Shown here piece by piece: positions 57,246 through 64,000 of a stretch of 64,000 nt of DNA; position 1 is the first letter of the stretch, and every line of letters begins with the position of its first letter. The stretch spans positions 12,580-76,579 of the forward strand of contig CAWHCF010000017.1 in NCBI GenBank assembly GCA_963827655.1, read 5' to 3'. The stretch is from an uncultured Acidobacteriota bacterium. GTDB lineage: Bacteria > Acidobacteriota > UBA6911. Position numbers and translations under genes: made by a program. Below the pieces are notes generated by a model that worked only from the letters and a program-made list of their open reading frames with translations, made no database searches and was not told where the DNA came from.

Positions 57246-57325
57246 AGCTTGGCTCTTGCGCAGATTCGCGTCCCGTTCTTAGTGTTTCTTTGTGTCTTCG
57301 TGTCTTTGTGGTTAAAGCTGTCTAA

Positions 57326-58142
57326 CTAGCGGTTGAAGTTACGGGCGTAAATGGCCGCCAGTCTTTCAAATTCCTGGATGGTCAGGTCTTCGGCCCGGCG
57401 CCCCGGATCGATACGGGCTTGGGCCAGGAGTGCGTCTGATACGAGCCCGATCTGTGGATCGTGGCGGAGAGAGTTGGCAAGCGTCTTGCGTCGATGACCG
57501 AATGCCGCTTTGGCGACAGGAACCAGAGAGTTGGTTAACGTCCGGTCTTTTGGCCGTGGGTGTGGTCGAAAGGTAACGACCGCAGAAACTACCTGCGGAC
57601 GCGGTGAAAAGCAACCAGCGGCGACTTCGAATTCCAGTCGCACCTGCGCGAGATGCTGGCAGTACACCGAGAAGTAACCGTACTGGCGCGTTCCGGGGCT
57701 GGCGACTATCCGCTGGGCTACCTCGAGCTGGACCATGGCGGTGATGTCCCGGACGGAAAGATCGAGGGAGAGCAGCTTCTCGATGATGGCTGTGGCTATG
57801 TTATACGGCAAGTTCCCTGTCACTCTGAGAGACTGGCCGGCTTTCAGGTAAGGGGATACCAGGGCCGGGATATTCAAGCTCAGGATATCCCCCGCCACGC
57901 ACCGTTGCGGAGGGAAAGCGGGCAAGGGAAACCTGGAGCGCCGAAACGCAGTCGCGGTCCAGTTCCACCGCGACCAGCCGAGCCACCCGTGGAGCGAGGC
58001 GCTCCGATAACGCTCCATACCCGGCGCCAACCTCCAGAACTGTGTCGGTAGAGGCCGGGTCGACGAGACGGATCAGACGGTCCAGAATCCGTGCATCTCT
58101 AAGAAAATGTTGCCCCAAACGCTTCTTTGCCCGTGACTTCAC
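57326..58142 (-). pseudogene. rsmA: 16S rRNA (adenine1518/1519-N6)-dimethyltransferase, frameshifted as sequenced at a C5/G5 run (57889-57893)
   Basis: ORF 57801..58166 gives KKRLGQHFLRDARILDRLI...VLEVGAGYGALSERL...AVELDRD. ORF 57326..58030 gives ...AGDILSLNI...LRVTGNLPYNIATAII...RPHP...AFGHRRKTL. A GTG start at 58142 is preceded by GGAGG. A sequencing error is a likely explanation. Confidence 0.8.
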
Positions 58143-58227
58143 TTGACAACCTCCGGACGCGTCCACATAATTAGTCCGTTTTGCTCACGCACGACGGAGC
58201 GATCATAGATTTCGGAGGGACACCTGA

Positions 58228-58554
58228 ATGAGCGAAAAAGTTGCGGAAGTGGCGGATCAGAACTTCGAGACGGAAGTCCTAAACTCTAACATGCCGGTCC
58301 TGGTGGATTTCTGGGCCGCCTGGTGTGCTCCTTGTCGCATGCTCGCTCCTGTGGTTGAAGCGATCGCCGAAAAATACGCGGGCAAGGCGAAAGTGGTCAA
58401 GCTCAACGTCGACGAAAACACCTCAACCTCCGGGAAATACAACATCAAAGGTATCCCCACACTTCTACTCTTCAAGGATGGCGTCATCAAGGAGCAGATC
58501 GTCGGTAACACGACGAAAGATACCATCTCCAAGATGATCGACAACCATCTGTAA
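58228..58554 (+). CDS. trxA: Thioredoxin
   Basis: 108 aa, with VLVDFWAAWCAPCRMLAPV (a CxxC active site reading CAPC rather than CGPC) and GIPTLLLFKDG. Confidence 0.9.
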   Translation: MSEKVAEVADQNFETEVLNSNMPVLVDFWAAWCAPCRMLAPVVEAIAEKYAGKAKVVKLNVDENTSTSGKYNIKGIPTLLLFKDGVIKEQIVGNTTKDTISKMIDNHL

Positions 58555-58684
58555 CCGATCGCTCGTGGCGCCGGTCCCGCGCTGGGGTCGCAGGAATGCA
58601 GCCTTCCGCCGGGCGCGCAAACATAAGATGATCCGGGAAAGATTCAATCCGTAATCCTCTGCTAGTAGTCTGCAATCGAGAGTT

Positions 58685-60007
58685 GTGATGGCTAATCTCG
58701 TCGTGGTGGGTGCTCAGTGGGGCGATGAAGGCAAGGGCAAGATCGTCGACCTGTTGACCACGCACTTCGACGTGGTAGCCCGCTATCAAGGGGGACACAA
58801 CGCCGGTCACACGGTGATCATCAGCGGAAAGAAGTACGTCTTGCATTTGATACCGTCGGGAATACTGCATCCGGATAAGGTATGCGTGATCGGGAACGGC
58901 GTGGTCATTGATCTCTTGGCCCTGAAGCGTGAGATCGCGGAGTTGCGCGCCGCAGGGATAGACTGCAAGGGGAGGCTGCTTGTCAGCCACCGCGCCCATG
59001 TCATCCTGGAATATCACCGGCTGGTCGAGACAGCGGCTGAAGAGCGACGCGGCGAAAACCGAATTGGCACTACCCAGCGCGGGATCGGCCCGGCTTACGA
59101 AGACAAGATGGGGCGCCGCGGCTTGAGAATCTCCGACCTTCAGGATCCTTCAACGCTGCGGCGTGTCCTGGAAGAGAACCTTCGCGAAAAGCGCGTGAGC
59201 TTGCCCGCCGCAAAGGGGGCGCTCGACGTCGACGCCATTCATGCCGGGACGCGGGCTCTGGGCGAGGAACTGTCGGAGTACTTCGTCGACACGGCTGAGT
59301 ATTTGAATCGCGTCATGGACCAGGGGAAGCGGGTTCTTTTCGAGGGGGCCCAGGGTACCCTGTTGGATGTGGACCACGGCACTTACCCGTTTGTGACCGC
59401 TTCCAGCGCAACGGCAGGGGGAGCTTGCACCGGAACCGGAGTGGGGCCTACCCGCATCGATGGTGTCGTCGGCATCGTCAAGGCCTACACGACCCGCGTG
59501 GGAGAAGGGCCGTTCCCGACCGAGCTAAGGGATGATACCGGTGAGGGAATTCGGCAAAGAGGACAGGAATTCGGGGCCTCGACCGGGCGTCCTCGAAGAT
59601 GCGGCTGGTTCGACGCCGTCGTGGTCCACTACGCTCGCTTGATTAATAACCTGGACACCCTCGTGATCACGAAGCTGGACGTCCTGGATCCGCTCGCAGA
59701 GATCAAGATTTGCAAGGGCTATCGTTACAAAGCGAGTCTGCTCGAGTCTTTCCCTCCCGAAATCGACGTACTGGCCGAGTGCCGGCCCGAATATGTAACG
59801 GTGCGGGGTTGGAACACGAAGACGGCGGGGATTCAGGACTTCGACGATCTTCCTTCTCTGGCTAAAGACTACCTGAAACGCATCTCGGATCTGGTGCGGG
59901 CCGAGATCTCAGTGGTCTCAACCGGACCCGATCGTACCGAAACCATCATGACCTCGCCCAGATCGCGCCTTCAAACCTGGATCTCACCAAACCTGACCTG
60001 GGCTTGA
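58685..60007 (+). CDS. purA: Adenylosuccinate synthase
   Basis: VVVGAQWGDEGKGKIVD, GGHNAGHT, GTTQRGIGPAYEDK and TGRPRRCGW. Confidence 0.95.
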   Translation: MMANLVVVGAQWGDEGKGKIVDLLTTHFDVVARYQGGHNAGHTVIISGKKYVLHLIPSGILHPDKVCVIGNGVVIDLLALKREIAELRAAGIDCKGRLLVSHRAHVILEYHRLVETAAEERRGENRIGTTQRGIGPAYEDKMGRRGLRISDLQDPSTLRRVLEENLREKRVSLPAAKGALDVDAIHAGTRALGEELSEYFVDTAEYLNRVMDQGKRVLFEGAQGTLLDVDHGTYPFVTASSATAGGACTGTGVGPTRIDGVVGIVKAYTTRVGEGPFPTELRDDTGEGIRQRGQEFGASTGRPRRCGWFDAVVVHYARLINNLDTLVITKLDVLDPLAEIKICKGYRYKASLLESFPPEIDVLAECRPEYVTVRGWNTKTAGIQDFDDLPSLAKDYLKRISDLVRAEISVVSTGPDRTETIMTSPRSRLQTWISPNLTWA

Positions 60008-60054
60008 GGTCAGACACCTACGGTTCTGGACACTGGGTCAATAAGGAGGCAGGA

Positions 60055-60531
60055 ATGTCAGACGGAACGAAGGGCATGATGAAATGGCCGCTGATCATTG
60101 CGGCTGCGCTCGTGCTACTGCGCCTGGTACTCGAGCAGGCAGGCGCCCCTGAGACCGTCAACAACATCCTCGGCGTGTCATGGCTCTATTTCATCACACC
60201 GGTCTATTTCGCAAACCGTATTGTCGGAAGCGGCGACACGCGTCCCTTCAGGACTCTTTTTAAGACCCTCCTCGTGTACATCACTTACACGCGGTTGATG
60301 ATCATCCCTACCTACTGGCTGGCTTATATGCTTCAGTGGAAAGCGCCCCGCTTCGGGCTCCAGATGGGTGGGGTGGTCGGGGAAGGCATCAGCCCGGTCG
60401 AAGGTTACCTTTGGATTCCGGTCCGTAACGCGCTTGTCTGGATAGTGGGCGGGACCATCATCGGCATGATTATCGGCGGAGTGACCTTGCTGATTCGAAG
60501 ACGCGGCGCGGGCGCTCCACGCACTGCATAG
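60055..60531 (+). CDS. Hypothetical polytopic membrane protein
   Basis: ATG 60055 is preceded by AAGGAGG, and four hydrophobic segments are present. No family recognised. The track start at 60004 overlaps the purA stop. Confidence 0.6.
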   Translation: MSDGTKGMMKWPLIIAAALVLLRLVLEQAGAPETVNNILGVSWLYFITPVYFANRIVGSGDTRPFRTLFKTLLVYITYTRLMIIPTYWLAYMLQWKAPRFGLQMGGVVGEGISPVEGYLWIPVRNALVWIVGGTIIGMIIGGVTLLIRRRGAGAPRTA

Positions 60532-60537
60532 TTGCTA

Positions 60538-60559
60538 AAATTAGGGACGTCCCTAATTT
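60538..60559 (+). terminator. Perfect 22-bp palindrome; likely intrinsic terminator of the purA-membrane protein unit
   Basis: AAATTAGGGAC|GTCCCTAATTT starts 7 nt after the stop at 60529-60531. As RNA it gives a 9-bp stem and ACGU loop ending in UUU. Confidence 0.5.
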
Positions 60560-60806
60560 CCCACGGGTCTGGCGTTCTGCTCGGCGAGCCCTCATTCGTT
60601 GCGTCATTTCACGGCGGGCGCTCAAAAAGGAATCAAAGACCCTTCCGTCCAGGAGATACTGCTCTCCGGCTATCTTTTCGATTCGAGCAACTATCCTCAT
60701 CGCCGCCGCCTCCGATATCAATAGAGTCTACGAATCAGAGGCCCTGTCTGGTTTTCAGTTTTTGGTTTATACTTGAAAACAACCTTGCCGCGTGAGGAGA
60801 TCCACG

Positions 60807-61343
60807 ATGAAGGTCAAGAGTCCTGCTACCCTCGAAGACCTGATGAAAATGCCCAAGGACGGCTACAAATACGAGCTGGTGGATGGATCAATTGTGGCCA
60901 GTCCCACCGGCATGTATCATTCCGAGGTTGGGGCGCGTATTTCCTATATACTCCAGAAATTCCTGGATCAGGAACCGCTGGGGCGGATCTACGGGAGCGA
61001 CGTAGGGATCCAGCTGCCGGATGGGAATTTGCGTTCTCCAGATGCCTGTTTTGTCTCCGCAGCAAAACTCCCGGGAGGGAAATCCCCGGTTACCTTTGGT
61101 GAACTGGTTCCGGACCTGGCGGTCGAGGTTCTGTCTCCCGGCGATAGCGCGCGCGAAGTTGCCGATAAAATCGGCGAGTATCTCGAGTGCGGCGTCCCGT
61201 TGGTCTGGCTGGTCGATCCCAAGGGGAAAACGGTTACCGTTTACCGGACACTGACCGATGCGCGGCGCCTGAGCTCCGAAGAGATTCTCTCGGCCGAGCC
61301 GGTTCTGCCGGGCTTCTCGTGCCGGGTCTCGCAGTTCTTCTAG
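60807..61343 (+). CDS. Uma2 family endonuclease (DUF820, PD-(D/E)xK-like)
   Basis: ...YELVDGSIVASPTGMYHSEVG...RSPDACFVS...VPDLAVEVLSPGDS...KIGEYLECGVPLVWLVDP fits the Uma2 pattern. ATG 60807 is preceded by GAGGAG. Confidence 0.8.
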   Translation: MKVKSPATLEDLMKMPKDGYKYELVDGSIVASPTGMYHSEVGARISYILQKFLDQEPLGRIYGSDVGIQLPDGNLRSPDACFVSAAKLPGGKSPVTFGELVPDLAVEVLSPGDSAREVADKIGEYLECGVPLVWLVDPKGKTVTVYRTLTDARRLSSEEILSAEPVLPGFSCRVSQFF

Positions 61344-61406
61344 CAACCCGGCTTCCCGGTTCTTGGTTTCGAGCCTTGGTGGTTAGCGTCCAGGAATTTC
61401 ATTGCC

Positions 61407-62769
61407 TCAGTCCACCGGCTTTACCTCTTCCATCAGCGTGAAGAAGCCTTCGGCCAGCGTTGGGTGAATGTAGACCGCGCCCTTCAGCAGCGTGTAGGGG
61501 AGGTCGGCCAGCATCAGAGTGCCCAGCATCTGAACCAGCTCTCCACCCTCGGTAGATAGGATTGCGGCGCCTAGTATGCGGTCGTTAGAGGCATCGACGA
61601 CCAGCTTCATCAGACCTGCAGTCTCGTCGCGTTCGATCGCCCGCGCGACCCGGCTCATCGGGATTTTCCCCACCTTGACTCGAAATCCTCTGTTCTCGGG
61701 CCTCCTTTTCACCGATGCCGACACGACCGAGCTGTGGATCCGTGAAAACCGAGTAAGGAACGATGCGGTGGTCGATAGTCAGATTCTTGTTCTCGATCAG
61801 GTTGGCGTAAATGATCTGGTAGTCGTTGTAGGATATGTGAGTGAAGGCCGGTCCCCCTTTAACGTCGCCCAATGCCCAGATACCCGGAACGTTGGTTTCC
61901 AGCCGGCCGTTTACTTTGACAAAACCACGGCTATCCGCTTCCACTCCGGCTTTCTCGAGACCCAGGTCTCGAGTGCTGGGGACTCGCCCGGTGGCGATGA
62001 GCAGGTGAGAACCCGAATGCGTCGAGGAGCCTTCCACATCGAGAAGGATGCGGCCGTTTTTTCGGTGGACGCGCGATGTTCGCGCATTCAGAACGAAGCG
62101 GACACCTTCCGCCTCCAGAGCCTTCTGAAGTTCGGCGGCAACGTCAGGATCCTCACGCGACAGCACTTGATCATGAGCGTGGACGATGGTGACCTCGCTG
62201 CCGTAGCGACGAAACATCTGGCCGAACTCGAGACCGATGTAGCCTCCGCCGAGGATGAGCAGGTGTTCGGGGAGTTGGCGCAGCTCCATCAGGGTGGCAT
62301 TGGTCAGGTAATTGATCGCGTCCAGTCCTTCGATCTTTGGAATGGCGGGATGAGTTCCTGTGTTTATGAAGATTCGTTCGCTCTCGAGTGTTTTATCGCC
62401 GACCGTGACGGCGCGCGGACCTGAAAAGCGGGCCTGCCCCCGGTAGAGGTGGAGGTTCGGACGGCTGCTCACGCCGCGCTCAAGGCCGGCGCGGAAACTC
62501 TGCACGACCTTGTCTTTCTGTGCCACAATTTCGGCCAGGTCGACGCTCACTTCGCCGGCGCGGATACCCCACCGGGCGGCGTTGCGCGCGTAATGAGCTA
62601 TCTGGGCGCGCGCGACCATGGTTTTGGTCGGCGTGCAGCCGGTGTTGACGCACGATCCTCCTAAATGTTCTTTCTCGATCAGGGCCACGGACCACCCCTG
62701 ATCGGCCAGTTTCTGCGCCAGCGGGTTGCCTCCCTGGCCGGAGCCGATTACGATCGCATCGTGTCTCAT
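61407..62769 (-). pseudogene. Class I pyridine nucleotide-disulfide oxidoreductase (mercuric reductase / dihydrolipoamide dehydrogenase-like), with a +1 frameshift near 61695-61705
   Basis: ORF 61585..62769 gives DAIVIGSGQGGNPLA and the redox CVNTGCTPTK, and is good up to ...TDPQLGRVGIGEKEARE. ORF 61407..61724 gives the dimerisation domain RGFRVKVGKIPMSRVARAIERDETAGLMKLVVDA...AVYIHPTLAEGF. Confidence 0.75.
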
Positions 62770-62965
62770 GGGATTCCTCCACGCCTCAGCTTAACGCCTT
62801 TGTCCCTTTGTGGTAATAGAAAGAACAAAATACACCTGGAATCCGTAGAGACGCTCGTAGGAATCTTGGTTGAAACCTTTATCCTGATAGCGCCACTTAC
62901 CTAGCGTGATTTTCCACGCAACAGCATCGTAATCGAGCTGTGCCGTGAAAGGAGCATGAAGTTGT

Positions 62966-63709
62966 ATGAGGAGAATTCTGGCTGTTCTTGCTGTAACGCC
63001 GTTCGTCATGGCGCTGACGGTGGCAGATCCGCTCATCGCTCAAGACTTTCAAAAAGCTTACTCAATCAGCGCGGGCGGGCAGATCCGGATTGCGACGGTC
63101 TCGGGTAACGTTGCGGTGGCCGGCTATAACGGCGATACGATTCTGGTTCACGGTTACAAGGAAGGGCGCGATCGTGACCAGGTTCAGATTGAAGATACCA
63201 GCGCCGGCGACCGAGTCGACCTGCGGGTACGATATCCGGAGTCGTGCAACTGTGACGCGAGCGTTCGGTTTGATGTCCGCGTGCCGCGCGCCGTCACCTA
63301 CAATTTCGAACGCATTTCGTCGGTAAGCGGTAATGTTCTTGTAGAGGACATCACAGGGCGCCTGAAGGCGGAGGCCGTAAGCGGCAACGTCGATGTCAAG
63401 GATGTCTCCGGTCTGGTCAGCGCATCGGCCGTCAGCGGAAACGTCACCGTCGAAATCAGGAGTCTCGAAGGCGCGGGAGACATGAAATTCTCGGCGGTCA
63501 GCGGCAATGTCACTGTCAAGGCTCCGGCAAATCTGGACGCCGACATTGAAATGTCGAGCGTGAGCGGTTCGCTCAAGACCGATTTTCCAATTGAGGTGCA
63601 GGAACGTCGCTATGGCCCGGGCCGGTCCGCGCGCGGCCGGTTGGGAGCCGGGTCACGCAATCTGCGGATAAGCAGCGTTTCGGGGCGCGTGAGCCTGACG
63701 CGCACGTGA
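62966..63709 (+). CDS. DUF4097 family beta-strand repeat protein (putative adhesin-like)
   Basis: Signal peptide MRRILAVLAVTPFVMALTVA, and a VSGNV motif recurring 7 times (VSGNVAV, VSGNVLV, VSGNVDV, VSGNVTV...). Confidence 0.75.
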   Translation: MRRILAVLAVTPFVMALTVADPLIAQDFQKAYSISAGGQIRIATVSGNVAVAGYNGDTILVHGYKEGRDRDQVQIEDTSAGDRVDLRVRYPESCNCDASVRFDVRVPRAVTYNFERISSVSGNVLVEDITGRLKAEAVSGNVDVKDVSGLVSASAVSGNVTVEIRSLEGAGDMKFSAVSGNVTVKAPANLDADIEMSSVSGSLKTDFPIEVQERRYGPGRSARGRLGAGSRNLRISSVSGRVSLTRT

Positions 63710-63772
63710 TGGAACCTTGGTAATCTTGGCGTTTTGACGGTGAGAAAAGCCGGGGACATCCGGAGGAATAGA

Positions 63773-64000
63773 TTGGCGGAAGCGCGACTGCTACAGAGTT
63801 CTGCGGCGTGGGGAAGGGAAGAGGCGGAAAATATCGTGGCCCGTGCCCGTGACGGCGACGAGGAAGCCTTCCTCGCGATTTTTAACCGCTACGCGAAACC
63901 GGTCCAAGCCTTCATCTTCAATCTTCTAGGGGATCGCGGGCGAGCCGAGGAATTGACGCAGGAGACGTTTTATCGTGCTTTCCGCAGGCTCGAAAGCATG
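63773..64000 (+). CDS. ECF (sigma-70 family group 4) sigma factor, 5' part only; runs off the window
   Basis: ...ARARDGDEEAFLAIFNRYAKPVQAFIFNLLGDRGRAEELTQETFYRAFRRL is region 2 of ECF sigma factors. A TTG at 63773 is preceded by GGAGGA. GTG 63740 is an alternative start. Confidence 0.7.
   Translation, partial: MAEARLLQSSAAWGREEAENIVARARDGDEEAFLAIFNRYAKPVQAFIFNLLGDRGRAEELTQETFYRAFRRLESM

Noticed and set aside
60470-60721. 83-aa (76 aa from ATG ~60698) minus-strand ORF between the membrane-protein gene and the Uma2 gene
   Set aside because: It has a plausible GGAGG, but it reads through the terminator palindrome and 60 nt into the upstream gene. No family recognised and too little evidence to call a gene. 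It is mentioned only under the palindrome finding.

Overview
GC-rich 64-kb chromosomal segment. Gene content points to Acidobacteriota: four paralogues of the VWFA-related acidobacterial domain family, plus DUF1080, BNR and choice-of-anchor-I type secreted proteins. I support about 55 protein-coding genes, mostly housekeeping. They include hemX-like/hemA/hemC/hemD, scpA/scpB/rluB, ribE/ribBA/ribA/ubiX, dapF plus an M20 peptidase, PGI-PMI plus PMM, metG, ggt, ftsK, rnj, rsmA, trxA and purA. Around them sit many secreted or outer-membrane proteins. I found no rRNA, tRNA, CRISPR array, transposase, integrase or recognisable defence or prophage module, so I cannot point to a clear multi-gene novel system.

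What is not ordinary:
1. A periplasmic rhodanese gene has an in-frame TGA followed by a SECIS-like hairpin, making it a candidate selenoprotein.
2. Ten reading-frame breaks fall in six genes. Every one is repaired by skipping exactly one nucleotide, and five of them lie in one 3.1-kb gene.
3. A 5-kb stretch (35.5-40.5 kb) consists of decayed genes. Two further deletion relics occur: an aldehyde-dehydrogenase micro-ORF and a LuxR HTH stub.
4. Three families of non-coding repeats are present:
   - a ~150-bp MITE-like element (3 full copies and 1 half copy);
   - heptamer-periodic arrays arranged as long inverted repeats that abut or overlap stop codons;
   - an octamer-periodic T/G-rich REP-like motif at more than 14 gene ends.
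5. A 156-bp tandem duplication spans the NUDIX 3' end and the metG leader.
6. Several enzymes show catalytic-motif oddities:
   - DapF lacks its second catalytic Cys;
   - the M16 peptidase lacks HxxEH;
   - the RibBA cyclohydrolase half lacks its three zinc Cys and sits next to an intact stand-alone ribA;
   - a LysW-like protein carries a long acidic tail.

All coordinates of motifs were counted by hand and may be off by 1-2 nt. No database search or folding calculation was run.
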